Under the pieces are notes generated by a model. It ran no database searches and was not told the origin of the DNA. It saw nothing but the letters and a program-made list of their open reading frames with translations. A stretch of DNA of 64,000 nt, taken from assembly GCF_030028105.1 (NCBI RefSeq), contig NC_092399.1, positions 28,168,881 through 28,232,880 of the forward strand, given 5' to 3'. The DNA is from Mobula birostris. Lineage: Eukaryota. Numbering within the stretch: position 1 is the stretch's first letter; each line of letters opens with the position of its first letter. Below are positions 35,830 through 48,932 of the stretch, piece after piece. Position numbers and translations under genes: made by a program.

Positions 35830-37872
35830 GGGGGGGGAGGAGAGGGAGGGTGTGGAATTGATCTTCCTGTTGCCGTTTGCAGGGTGTTATTTTGCGTGGG
35901 GGGGGATAGTTGTTTTTGTTGTCGTTTGCATGATTTGTTTCTATTTTATATGGGGAGGGTGTGATGTTTTTCATTCTTTGAACAGCTTCTATGTTTTTTT
36001 TTGTTTTGTGGCTGTTTGGAGAAGATGAATCCCAGGGTTGTATAGTGCATACATACTTTGATAATAAATCTACCTTTATACCTTAACTTTCAGGAGGTGC
36101 TCTTGAGGTGAGATTTTTGTACTCAAAGTCTTAATCCCTGAGTGCTGCCCATTCAACTTTTTAAAAGGCATTGAAACTGAAATTAAGCATCGTGTAGGTT
36201 TGTATCCACAGGTCCATATCTCCGCTCCTTCATTGGCAAGCGATATGAAGAAAAATATTTTTTAAAATTGTCAATAAAAGTGCTCCATTTCTTTCTTTAA
36301 GCATGAGAAAAATAAATCAAAAGTTCTTTCATGGATTTTCCCAGATTATCTTTGGTGATCTTGATTTAAACAAAAGCAAAATAACCAGGAGAATTTACAA
36401 TTACTGCAGCTAAATCATGTATAGAAAACAACTAGGGCGATCCAACGCTTTCAATTCATGGTGAGAGGCAGGCTGCATAGCAATTTATTAGTTTCATTGA
36501 GGGAATCCACGATGCTCGCAGATGGGAGTATTGAAACACTGCAACTGCCTGAGACTGGGGCCGTGATTTATTTAGGACAAGCAGGGGACTCAGTTGCTAG
36601 CCCAATGCTACAAGGGTAGACCTTAAAAACAACCTGGAGTGTAAAACAAGGAACAGTGCTGCATTTTCATAGAACAACATCTACTCATGCCTAAGACAGT
36701 AATGGGAAATATGTTAAAGAGGGAATTTCAAATCTTATAAGATTTTTTTTCATCCAAAACACTGCGATCTTTCCCTTCATGGTTCTTAAAAGCAAGCAAA
36801 CTGAGTTTCAGAGTAGGACACGGCATTTACAGAGTCACTGCTTGCTGCTGCCTCCAATCACCCCACTCCATCCCCATCACCTCCCCACCTCAGAGCTGCT
36901 CCATCTTGGTTGGTGTTACCAAGAACTGAGCAAAGCACTCCTCATGTAAAGGGTGTGTCACTATGAATACAATTTAACTCACCCAGTTTCATTCAGTTTG
37001 ATCTTTGCTTATGGTGTTAATTAGCCAATTATACAGAATTATTGTCTGTTGGTTTAATTGTTTAGTTTTTTGTTGCTTTTTTACAAGGTAAAGTATATTT
37101 CATTTGGATTCTCAGTGATTACCAGCTTTGGCTTTATTAGCTCTGTAACTTGGCTCCCCAGATTTACTCCTACCTCACCCAGTCGGTGAATATCTTGGCC
37201 CTTCCCCTCTCACCATCCATCCTCTCCTCTGCTCCCAACCAACTACAGTCCAGTCCTGACCCATTTCCCATGCATCCACCGCCACTGTTCAATGTCTGGG
37301 TCTCCATTGTCCATGCCTCCACCTTAGCACATATCCTTCCTCTCTCCGATCTCTGCCAGAGCTTGGACATGTAGCCCCTCATCTTTCTGAGCACAATCTC
37401 CAAAAGGACTATTAGGCTACAACTTCGTAGTGCCAAAACTTTGCTATAACCAGTCATTTAGCCTTGGGTTTTGTAAGTAGAGACCTATGTCCTAGTATTA
37501 TCATTGGTGTCCTACTTTTGCTCCTCTCCTACACAGGTGGGATTTCCAAACACCCGAATGTTCAGCTCGGGCTCTGCCTTGTCACAGGCAACTGCACAAT
37601 AAGCAGCAAAAGGATGTTGTTGTCACCAATGAGATAAAATATTCTTGAGTTGGTTTCACATGTGAAAATATGTCCTCACACAAAGTTTTCACTGAATTCA
37701 CAAAGAATTGGGAAATGATCCATGTTTAAGTTCAGAGCAAATTTCTCTCGTGATACTGTTTTGATGCTGCAGAAACAACACAACAAGATCCCCAGGGTTA
37801 GAAAAAATGCAAGTTCTCCTGGGTCAAGTGGTGCAGGCACATGGAACATGGGTGCAAAGGGGCGGCAGAGTA

Positions 37873-37910
37873 GGGTCCTGACGAAGGGTTTCGGCCTGAA
37901 ACGTCGACTG
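37873..37910 (+). ncRNA. Minimal type I hammerhead ribozyme (Penelope-type)
   Basis: GGTC-CTGACGA-AGG(gtttcgg)CCT-GAAA-CG-TC-GACT: intact core, stem I, stem II, palindromic GAAACGTC stem III. Confidence 0.75.
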
Positions 37911-38176
37911 AACCTCTTCCTACAGATGCTGCCTGGCCTGCTGTGTTCACCAGCAACTTTGATGTGTGTTAGCAGAGCAGGGTAGTGGTTTGTGCAATCG
38001 CTTTACAGCATCAGCAATCACTAATCGGGCGCTGATTCCCACTGATGTTGGTAAGGAGCTTGTATGATCTTACTATGGGTTTCTCCTCGTGCTCTGGTTT
38101 CCTCCCACAGTCCAAAGGTGTACAGTTAGGGTTGGTGATCTGCGGGCATGCTATGTTACTACTGGAAGCATGTCGA

Positions 38177-38760
38177 CAAGGCCCTGGTCAGTCCCCACCT
38201 GGAGTATTGTGTGCAGTTTTGGTCTCCAAATTTGAGGAGGGACATTCTTGCTATGGAGGAAGTGCAGCGTAGGTTCACTGGGTTAATTCCAGGGATGGTG
38301 GGAATGTCATATGTTGAAAGATTGGAGCGACTGGGCTTGTATACACTGGAATTTAGAAGGATGAGAGGGGATCTGATTGAAACATATAAAGATTATTAAG
38401 GAATTGGACACGCTAGAGGCAGGAAACATGTTCCCGATGTTGAGGGAATCCAGAACCAGAGGCCACAGTTTAAGAATAAGGGGCAGACAATTTAGAACGG
38501 AGTTGAGGAAAAACTTTTTCACACAGGGGGTTGTGGATCTGTGGAATGCTCTGCCTCAGAAGGCAGTGGAGGCCAATTCTCTGGATTCTTTCAAGAAAGA
38601 GTTAGAGAGAACTCTTAAAGATAGTGGAGTCAAGGGATATGGGCAGAAGGCAGGAACAGGGTACTGATTGTGGATGATCAGCCATGATCGCAGTGAATGG
38701 TGGTGCTGGCTCAAGGGGCCGAATGGCCTACTCCTGCACCTATTGTCTATTGTCTATTGA
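38177..38760 (+). mobile_element. Young CR1 3' fragment
   Basis: 'PHLEYCVQFWSP..YVERLERLGLYTLEFRRMRGDLIETYK' and 'RTRGH..NFFTQ..WNALP'; (TATTGTC)n tail. Confidence 0.92.
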
Positions 38761-39044
38761 CACTTGCGGGCTGTCTGTAAGACAAGTGTTGGGCTGTGTG
38801 GGTCACTGACGTAAAATGACGCATTTCACTATATGTTTCAATGTATACAGTATGTAACGAACAGCTAATTCAGGACAGTGGGGCTCCATCCCACGGTAGC
38901 GGGAAAGCTTGGAATGCTGACCAATTCCCTCCAAAACATGTGAAACCACACCCGGCAAGTTTAGCTATCGAAAGATTGTATTAGACGCCTTTGGATTAGA
39001 GCTATAGATGTAGCTGATGGTAATTGGAGACAATATCTGCATCA

Positions 39045-39500
39045 GGAAAATGTTGGGCAGGCTAGTGTTTTAATCCTGTGGCGTTGGAGACTGAATGGTG
39101 ATCTGATAAAGGTGTATGAAGCCAACAGGGGCATAGAAAACTCTCACAAGGTTGGAAAAATCAAGAATTTGAGGCTACAGGTTTAAGGAGAGAGGGTCAA
39201 AATATGGTAGGAACCTAAGGGCAATTTTTCTTCACACAGAGAATGGCACTTACATGTGCTGCTAGAGAAAATTGTTGAGCATGTATAATAAAAATATTTA
39301 AAAGACAATTGGACAGGTACATGGATTAGAAAGATGGACCCCTTGCTTAATGGTATTGGTTCATGGCATATGAAAAGTTGGGATCTGTTGGTTTAGAGGG
39401 ATATAAGTCAAAGGTGGGAAAATGGGCCCAGTGTGGATGAACATGTTGGTCAGCAGGGCCAACCTGGGCCAAAGGGCTCACTTCCATGGTGTATGACTAT
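39045..39500 (+). mobile_element. Degenerate CR1 3' fragment
   Basis: CR1-like C-terminal coding remnant and tail. Confidence 0.55.
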
Positions 39501-39694
39501 TAACAGGAGTAATGTCCTCACAACCTAAAGAAGAGCCAGTTTCTAGGGTGCTAGATGATCAGATTTTAACTCAAGGAAGTATCAGTTTTAAATCCCAGGT
39601 GGTCCTGAGATAACTGAACATAGTTCAAACGCCAATGGGCTTGGTACAGTTGTCTGCTTTGTTGCAGCAATATGGATGCAGATCAAAAGTGCGT

Positions 39695-40361
39695 ATGACA
39701 TAGGGGCAGAATAGGCCATTCAGCCCATCGAGTCTGCTCTGCCATTCCATCATGGCCAACTTATTATCCCTCTCAACCCCATTCTCCTGCCTTCTCCCTG
39801 CAGCCTTTGATACCCTTACTAATTATGAATTTATCAAACTCTGCTTTAAATATATCCAAATACTTGGTCTCCGCAGCTGTCTGTGACAATGAATTCTACA
39901 GATTCACCACCCTTTGGATAAAGAAGTTCCTCCTCATCTCTGTTCTTAAGAGACGTTCCTCTATTCCAAGGTTCGCAACCTTTTTTATGCCATGGATTTC
40001 TACTATTAGGTGAGGGGACTATAGAATATACTAAGGCAGTGTCCTTTGACCCTAGACTCTCCCACTACAGGAAACATCCTTTCCATATCATGTTAAAAAA
40101 TTTTTAAAAATCATCTTTCAAAATTTGATAGGTTTCAATGAGATCACCCCCCTCCCCATTCTTCTAAACTCCAGCGTGTACACACCCAGAGCCATTAAAT
40201 ACTCTTCATATGTCAACCTTTTCATTCCCAGAATCATTCTCGTGAACCACCTCTAGACCCTCTTCAATGCCAACACACTTTTTCTTAGATAAGGGGCCCA
40301 AAACAGCTCACAATACTCCAAGTGCAGTCTGACCAATGCCTTATAAAGCCTCAGTATTACA
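39695..40361 (-). mobile_element. CR1 3' fragment
   Basis: Reverse of a 365-995-type sequence. Confidence 0.8.
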
Positions 40362-40760
40362 TGCAACACACATAAAAGTTGCTGGTGAACGCAGCAGGCC
40401 AGGCAGCATCTCTAGGAAGAGCTACAGTTGACGTTTCAGGCGGAGACTCTTTGTCTATGCTCCATCTGCCAGAACAAGCGGGATCTCTCAGTGGCCACCC
40501 ATTTTAATTCCACTTCCCATTCCCATTCTGATATGTCCATCCATGACCTCCTCCACTGTTGGGATAAAGCCACACTTAGGTTGGAGGAACAACACCCTAT
40601 ATTCCATTTGGGTAGCCTCCAACCTGATGGCATGAACATTGATTTCTCAAACTCCCAGTAATGCCTCCCCCTTTTCACCATTTCCCATACCCCTGTCCCT
40701 CTCTCATGTTATCTCTTTGCCCCCGCCCATTGACCCCCTCTGGTGCTCCTCCCCTCTTTT
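40362..40760 (+). mobile_element. Penelope fragment preceded by an inverted pLTR
   Basis: Minus-strand pLTR at 40362-40450, then 'VATHFNSTSHSHSDMSI..LRLEEQH..GSLQPDGMN'. Confidence 0.85.
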
Positions 40761-40806
40761 TTCCAGCATCTTCAGATGTTCTCTTGCTTGTGATCCTTTG
40801 TCTAAC

Positions 40807-40894
40807 CTGCTCCCTCAAAGCATTCCAACAGATTTGCCAGGAAAGAATTTCCCTTAACGTCTTATCCACCAATGTCGTTGTAGCTCTTTCGATT
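40807..40894 (-). CDS. Candidate host-gene exon (88 nt, phase 2-0): IERATTTLVDKTLREILSWQICWNALREQ
   Basis: Acceptor CCTTTCTCTTTAAACAG, donor CAG|GTTAGA, helical protein-like frame, phase-compatible with neighbouring candidates. Confidence 0.5.
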
Positions 40895-42022
40895 CTGTTT
40901 AAAGAGAAAGGTTTCCAAATGAAATCTTTAAAATGATTAAAACGTTCAATCAGGTAAATGCAAAGACACAACAATGTGACACCATGTGAGTAAGAGCAAA
41001 TAGAGGTATTACAATCCAAAGGAAAATGCAAGTGAATTCTTCTCACAGAGTGGTGAATATTTGCTCCCATAGAGTAGTTGAGGGGAAGACCACAGGTCCA
41101 GTGAGGATGAAGTGAGAATGAAAAGAGTAGAAAGAAGATAAATGATAACATCATAAGGAGAAGTCAGCTCATGTAAAGCACAAATACTAGCAGAAATCCA
41201 GATTGTATTTGGTCTGTTAGCAAAGATTACTGCAACTCCTCAGCACCAGCAGCTACTGAAACACAACACATTTATCTTCTGCTCAAGTTTTGCCTTCTGG
41301 CAAAATGTTGTTTGCAGCTTGCTGGAGAGAGGCAGCTTTCTGGACCTCCACTGATGTTAGCATCTAATTATCAATTCTCCTGAAAGTGGACAGTGGAAAC
41401 ACTCTTGGCATATTCTACCTGACCAGTTGCTGGAGACTTGGACAGAGAGCTTATTACTTTCTTTCTCACACAAAAGTAGTTAATCCATACATGGAATAAT
41501 ATAGTTGCTACAGAAAGCTTGGATCTACTCCATACATCTACAGTTTGTCTTGTAACAAGGATGGATGCTTGGAATGGTATTTCATTTCTGGAGTACAGCA
41601 TTACCAAGGCAAATGGAATATTTAAAACTTAATTTTCAATCTGAACAAGTGTAACTGGCTGGAATGAGACCGCGTTAGTGATAGCAATGAGCCAGTGGAA
41701 CTGATTGGAATTAAACAATGCAAACTGCTTCCAATTTGTGTTGGTAATCAATTGTGATGTAATTGTAACTGGCAGTAAGAAGGCTCTGTAACTTTGCCAG
41801 ACTTTATTTTCTTTCCAATTTAAATGGCAGGTGTGAATCAAGCACTTTGTCGTCAGGGATTTCTTCAGTTCCCTGCCAAGATGGTTAACTGAAGTGGTAT
41901 CAGAGTGGATATGCTGCTGAACTAGTAATCCAGAAACTTACACTCATCCAGAGAGATGAGGTTTGAGACTCACCAAGGATTAATTAATCAAAAAAATCTA
42001 TCGAAACTTTAACTTCTATTTA

Positions 42023-42704
42023 GAGGAGAAGATGGCGGCGCGACGGCAGCGCGCGCAGCCTCTCTGGTGAGTGAATGATATCTGTAATCTGTCAAGTAGG
42101 GGACCGTGCACAATTCTGATTTGATGGAGACGGACGTGAGAGTATGGAGGAACACCTGGAAAACTTCTGAAATGCCCGCTTCGGTGCCGCTGCTACTGTG
42201 TGGTAACTGGAATCTCCGGAGCAGAAGGCCCCGAAATCCTCGGGTTTGTGTGTTTCAGCAGCCGGGGCGAGGTCGAAGGCGCTCGGCAGAGGATGGCGCT
42301 CGGGAGGCTGTATTTGGAGGGGCTGGTCGGAGGCTCGAAGTTTTTGGACGGACGGACTCAGTGTCGGCTGTGGTCGGCTGCTTCCAAGGCATCGGCAAGT
42401 TGATGGTGCCTGGAGGTTTATGGCAGGGAGTTTCTCCCTTTTGCTGTCTGCTATCGGGGACTCGGGAGTCAATTGACTCGGGGGCTTTGAGACTATTTTT
42501 ACCGTGCCCATGGTTTGTTCTGCATCAAATTATGGTACTGCTTTGCACTGTTGTAACTATATGTTATAATTATGTGGTTCTGTCAGTGTTAGTCTTTGGT
42601 TTGTCCTGTTTTCTGTGATATCACTCCGGAGAAACATTGTATCAATTCTTAATGCATGTATGCATTTTTAAATGACAATAAAAGAGGACTAAGTGTTCTC
42701 ATAA
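42023..42704 (+). mobile_element. YY1-head/(TAATC)n retroposon, copy 4
   Basis: GAGGAGAAGATGGCGGCG start, CpG-rich, AATAAAAGAGGAC..CTCATAA end. Confidence 0.8.
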
Positions 42705-43329
42705 GCTTATTACTTAATAGCTAAGAATAGGAAATTCTTGTTTTTCAGAAAATACTTGGTTCATTGATATTGGGGGAGGAAGTTAGCTGTTCGGTCCCAT
42801 CTGTGGCTTCAGACCCACAGCAATATGGTTGACCCTTAGCAGTCCCCTAAATAGCTGAGCAAATTGTATCAAATAGCTTTGACAAATCATAACAGCCTGG
42901 AGTTTGGTGATTTACCTGCCCAAGAATCATTTCTTTTAACCATTGCTTCAGGCTCTGCCGCAATGGATCCAAACCTACATGAAATGGAGGCACGGTGAGA
43001 ATCTGTTGAAATCAAACAGCCCAGGGAGTCTTTAGTCAATTCATGACAACTTGCAGCGTTACATTAGACATGGACTATCCACGCTGGATTGTAATGAATA
43101 CAGCTCGAATGCATGCTGGAATTTATAATGAAGGAAGTAGTAACAGAATGCCTAAAAATGAATTGAGCAGATTCAGTTCTGATATGACAAGGGTTATCAT
43201 CATCTTTGACCACATTATTGGAATTGTTGGGGATGTGACTCGCAGAGGTTTTAGGAGACGCGGCAGCTTTAGAGTTTCAGAAGGAAAACCATGTTATTTG
43301 GGGGTTATGAACAGAGACAAGGTGAGAAT

Positions 43330-44910
43330 TGATTAACATATCAAAAGCAAAGACTGGGAATAAATGGGCCTTTTGTCTGTTCTTGCCCTTAGGTTGTGCA
43401 TTGAACTAATAACTGGAACTTTTGAGGAGGCATTAAGTGGAGTAGATGAGAGAAGATCAGTAGAGGTAATGTACAGTATTTGAAATTTTAGAAGACTTTC
43501 AAGAAATTAGCACTTTCAAGAAAACTGCACATGCAGTTTTGGATAATATACTAATATTGGGTGACAAGGTGGAGTAATGTCTATACCAAAGGAGGTGAAG
43601 GCACTCTTTCCCCCTGCTAACCTGGAAGTCACTTCGGTGCAAGATGTAGCACCCTCTTAGTCTCCCGATCAGTGTTACTTTGAAAAGCAATGGGAGCAGG
43701 TGGCGGATGGTCGTATGAGCAGATGGCCCATATCACGTCCTGGTTATGTGACCACCGACGCCAGGCAGACAATCCCTGAAAAGTATTGATAGTTGCTGGA
43801 GTCACCTGTCTTGTAAAGGTACTGGCCAGACGAAGCCACTGTTGTAGAAAAATTTGCTACAACAATCATGATCAAAGACCATGATCACCCACATCATATG
43901 GTGCAGTACATAATGATGATGGTAACTAATATTGACCCAGGATTGGTTAACAAAGAGGAGAAATAAACAGGTCCTTTATGAGTTGGCAGTCTATGACTAG
44001 TAGAGTGCCACAAGGATTGGTGCTTGGTCACCAACTATTCCTAATCTACAATAATGATTTGGACAAGAGGATGGAAAAGTCTTATTTCCATATTGTTGAT
44101 GATATAATAGAAGGCAGGATGACAAGCACAGAAAAGGATGTAAAAAGGAGTGGATGAGATGAAAAATGATGGAACAATGTGAAAAATGTTGAGTTTATCC
44201 ACGTTGATGCACAAAGTAGAGTGATTTTTAGGATGGTGATAGACTAGGTAACGTTGAAGTTCAAAAATGCCAAGTTATCCTTATACACAAGGACTGAAAA
44301 ATAACACAGGGTGCATCAAACAATGGAAATGGCATGTTGGTGTTTATTATGAGAGGATCTGAGTACAGGAGCAAAGATGACTCATGCGATTTCACAAGGC
44401 CTTGGTGAAACTATCCATTGATCATTGTGTCCAGTGATGGTATCTTTTACTAAAATAAATAGACTTCTGTAGAGGGAACCAAGTGAAGACACACTACACT
44501 GGTTGTTGGGATGGTGATTTTGTCACATGAGGAGAGAAGGAAAGTAGACCTGTATTCTTTGGAGTTTAGAACAAATGAGAGGTGAATCTTATTGAGGCAT
44601 ACAACGTTCTTTGGGTAGGTGCAGGGAGGAAGCTTTTCCTAACTGAGCAGTTTAGAATCAGAGGGTACAGATTGAGAATAAGGAATAAGCTGTTTAGGAC
44701 TGAGATGAGGAAAAGGTTTGTCACTCAAAGAATGGTGCATTTTCAAAATTTTCCACCCTGAAATTCTATTGAGATTCAGTCACAGGGTTCATTCAAAAGA
44801 ATGATCAACAGATTTCTCGATATGGGGATAGAACATGACAATGGGACCAGAGTGCATCATCAGCCATGGACATTATGAATTGTACAGCATACTGTAATGC
44901 CTTACCCTTG
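43330..44910 (+). mobile_element. Old degenerate CR1 RT-to-3' region with RTE family A insert (43555-43920)
   Basis: AGTAGAGTGCCACAAGGATTGGTGCTTGGT (SGVPQGSVLG-like) and other CR1 remnants. Confidence 0.7.
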
Positions 44911-45464
44911 CTATTAATTATTCTGTCCAAGGGTGATTAGAGATGGGTATTGAACTCTGGTTATGCCAGAGGTTCCCTCATTCCAGGAATACATAAGGAA
45001 GATCTTGCCAGTTTAGATATCAGCTGTCAAGTATTTCATTTTTCTCAGCACCTCCTTACATCACCTTACAATCGTCCAAATCTACTTTCCCCACACCAGG
45101 ATCAGTCTATTTCCCTCAGCCCTTCCTCTAATGAAGCCCTTGCCCATACTTGCATTACCCCTGGGTTCACTTATACAGCCTCTCGTTCTTTGGACTGTAA
45201 CTGCCGTGCAGATGCCTTGCAGTAATTTGCACAAAGTAACTTACATATTCAAATATGAGTGGAGGCAGTACACATTAAGCCAAATCAATTAGATCACAGA
45301 TAACCAAATAATGACAAAGGATTATTGTAAAAGACGGTACTATCTTAAAACAGGCCCAAAGCTCAATTCAGCTTATATGAAATGTCCCTGGATAAAATTA
45401 CATAAGATGAACACTGCTGTTTAGACCTCCATGCCAATTCATTTCAAATTTCAAAGACTATTAC

Positions 45465-45528
45465 CTTTCATCTTTAATTAGACTTTGTACCAAAGAAAGA
45501 TTACAGTCCCAGAAGACTTTGACAGAAG
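45465..45528 (-). CDS. Candidate host-gene exon (64 nt, phase 1-2): SVKVFWDCNLSLVQSLIKDE
   Basis: Acceptor CTCCATTTCTTAATTTAAATAG, donor AAG|GTAATA, single open frame. Confidence 0.3.
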
Positions 45529-46309
45529 CTATTTAAATTAAGAAATGGAGATAGGACAGGGAGATGAGCTTCTGGAGTATCAATATACTGTATATTAAAA
45601 GGAAGAATGGTTCTAGTTAAAATGGAAGGCTTATTTTCCACTCCATATGACCCTGTGGCTTATGTGTCTACGTTGTTAAATTCAGATCACTTGCTGATTG
45701 ATGGTGTCTCTGTAGTCCCTGTTTGCCAATGTCAGTTACATTGTAACTCTAGGCTGCAAATGAAAGTTGGCACTTGTAGAGATATATTTATACACACAGA
45801 TAGTTTATCCCACAAGTGAGAGAATCTTTTTATTAATTTAATTCATAGGATAAAAAAAAATCCCACAGGATTGAGAGCCGCATTGGTATTTCATTTGACG
45901 CCGTGTTATGCTTTGTTGATTTTAATTGGATAAAGAGTAAGCTTGGGCGGCCCGGCTATATAGTGATTAGCACAATCACTTTACAGCCTCGGCGATCACT
46001 CACTGGGGTTCAATTCTCATCACTGTACATTCTCCTCATGACCACATTCCACAGATGTACAGGTTAGGGGTTAGAGAGTTATAGGCATGCCAGGCTGGTG
46101 CCACTAGGCAGATATTTTAAACGTTTCATCTACTTACATAGTTGCCAATAACCAGAGGGCCTAAGTTTAAGTTAAGGGGTAGAAGGTTTAAAGGTGACCT
46201 GAGCAAGAACGTTTTCCACTCAGTGAGGAGTTGGATTCTGTAACACAATGCTTAGATGCCAGAAACTGTCTTCGAACAAGCGCTGTTGCTTGGATTGTGT
46301 TGTTTATAT

Positions 46310-46660
46310 GACAGAGTAGATGTGGAAAGGATGTTTCCCGTGGTGGGAGAGTCTAGGACAAGAGGGCACAACCTCAGGATAGGGGGGCGTCCATTCAAAA
46401 CAGAAATGCGGAGAAATTCCTGTAGACAGAGGATGGTGAACTTGTGGAATTTGTCGCCACATGCAGCTGTGGAGGCCAGGTCGTTGGGTGTATTTAAGGC
46501 AGAGATTGATAGGTTCTTGATTGGACATGGCATCAAAGGTTACGGGGAGAAGGCCGGAAACTGGGGTTGAGGAGGAGAAAAAAAGGGATCAGCCATGATT
46601 GAATGGTGGAGCAGTCGGCCAAATGGCCTAATTCTGCTCCTGTGTCTTATGGTTCTATTG
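46310..46660 (+). mobile_element. CR1 3' fragment
   Basis: 'RMFPVVGESRTRGHNLRI..MVNLWN..FKAEIDRFL'. Confidence 0.9.
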
Positions 46661-48054
46661 AAGTGTGGCGCAGATTCTATCTGTCTATTGACATTGACAC
46701 TTTGGGAATGTGGAAGGAAACCCAGGTGGTTACAGGGAGAATGTACAAACTCTCCTTATGTAGTTCTTGGTGTAGATCTGGTCAGATTGCAACATTAAGT
46801 AGGTAAGCTTCTTTTGTTGACTATATTATATCTGCCATGCTACCTGTTTGCAGAAATACAGGACAATATAAATATTTTTCGAAGGAACACACACAGAAAG
46901 CTGGGGGAACTCAGCAGGTCACTCAGCATCTATGGAAATGAATAAATAGTTGATGTTTTGGGTTGAGATCTTTCTTCAGGACTTCATCAATACAGTATTT
47001 TGTAACCTACACAAAACCTGCTAGTCCCTTCTTTGTTATGGTACAATCAGTCATGTTCTAATCGTACAAAATTCCCAAATAAAAATGTATGCATCAAGCC
47101 TCAACAATTCCTTATTACAAATTTAAACATGCAAACTTAGCAAACTAATGTGTGAAACAAAAAATGTAAAGAGTTAGACTTGCTGTTCTAGTTAAAAAAA
47201 CATAAAATCATTTGCTCAAATCTGTACAAATCATTTTTCTCTTACATTTTATATTCTCTTAAGATCTTTTGAAATTTCTTCAACATCTGTCAAGTAATGA
47301 GAATATTAATGAATTATGAAGTTTATCATCAAATACAAGCTCTACCCTGATATCTCTCATGAGGTCAACATCGCTTGGACACAGACACAACAGCAATGCC
47401 AATAGACCTTTCTGTTAGAAGACTGAAAGAAATCAGCAGCCTTTGGAACTCGAGGCTAATTCCCAGTCCATGTGAGTGCAGAGGAAGGGTGTAGTAAGAT
47501 TCAAAGATTCACTGTGGTCATCCGATTGTACATCAGATGATGTACCTGAAAAGGTATATTCTCTGAAGATCTGCCAATTAATTTGGCAAACTCGCTCATG
47601 TGTGACTCTGCAGCTGAAGACGAGATTAACCAATGTTCCTCACTCAGATTAATGATATTTTATCTCCAGCCTTTACATACACACTAAGGCTGTAATAACA
47701 GTTGAATCGACAAAGCATCTGGGATTCATTAATGCAAGAGCACTTAAGCTATAATTTCATTTTGGACATTTCCTGTGATGGTTACCAACTCTTCGTCAAA
47801 AACTGGTTGCAAAATTGCGTTTTAAAGTGGTCATGTTTTTCCATACTATTGGAGCAATGTTTCTGCAGTCTGATGTTTGGACTATATTCATTGGCAGATT
47901 AAATTAGCATTTGTCTAGTTAAGCAGTAACTCATAGAGTCACAGAGGCATACGGAACGATGCAGGCCCTATCGTCCAACTCATCCATACCAACCAAGATT
48001 ACCATTTAAGTTAGTCACATTTGCCTGAGTTTGGCCCATATCCCTATACACCTT

Positions 48055-48640
48055 TGTTGAGAACCTTTGCTCCACCCACAATAGGCAGGATTTCCCAGTG
48101 GCCAACAATTTCAATTCCACTACCCATTCCATTCTGATGTGTTGGTCCAGTACTGCCACGCTCAGGGCACACTCAGGTTGAAGGAGCAACACCTCATATT
48201 CTGTCTGGGTAGCCTCCAACTTGACGGCATGAAGACTGATTTCTCTAATTTAGGGTAATTTCTCCCACTCCCTCTTCTTACATTTTTACATTCCCCGTTC
48301 TGGCTCCCTTCTGACCCCTTTTCTTCTCTTTACCTGCCCATCACCTCCTCCTCCTTCTCTTTCTCCCATGGTCCACTCTCCTTTCTGAATCCTTCTTCTC
48401 CAGCCTTTTACTTCTTGCACCTATCACTTCCCAGTTTCTCGCTTCATTGCCCCTCTCCCACTCACCCACCTTCCCCTTCACCTGGTTTTACCTGTCATCT
48501 GTCAGCTTGCACTCCTTCCCCTCTCCCCAACTTATTATTTTGGCTTCCTCCTCCTTCCTTTCCAGTTCTGATGAAGGTCCCAAAACATCAGCTATTTATT
48601 CCTCTCCATAGCTGCTGCCTGATCAACAGCATTTTGTGTA
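48055..48640 (+). mobile_element. Degenerate Penelope 3' fragment
   Basis: GIY-YIG C-terminal remnant, pyrimidine-rich UTR, decayed CTGATGA motif. Confidence 0.7.
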
Positions 48641-48932
48641 TTTTTCCCGATAAACCTTTTCTATTCATGTACCCATCAAATTGCCTCTAAATGTCATTGA
48701 TATACTTGGCTCACCCACTTCCCCTGTCAGCTCATTCCAGAAGCTCCTTTCCACTCTGGTGCAATTACTTTCAATGGAACACAAGATGCAAGTAGGTTTC
48801 TTTTTGCAACGGACCATCAATTACAAAGGAAGTCTTGTCTACAAGTTTGTAAAAATATGCTTGGTCTCTTGCTCTTCAGGTTCCAAGGAAGGAAGAGCAG
48901 AAAGGTTGCAACAAATGTGAATCACATCCATG

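Larger units (their letters stand above)
37859..38865 (+). mobile_element. V-domain tRNA SINE interrupted by a hammerhead insert (37877-37971) and a CR1 (38177-38760)
   Basis: Head GGGGCGGCAGAG..GTAGTGG; V-core GGTTTCCTCCCACAGTCCAAAG. Confidence 0.7.

Noticed and set aside
35750-36028. ORFs with THTHTH / CVCVCV runs
   Set aside because: Translations of a (GT)n microsatellite
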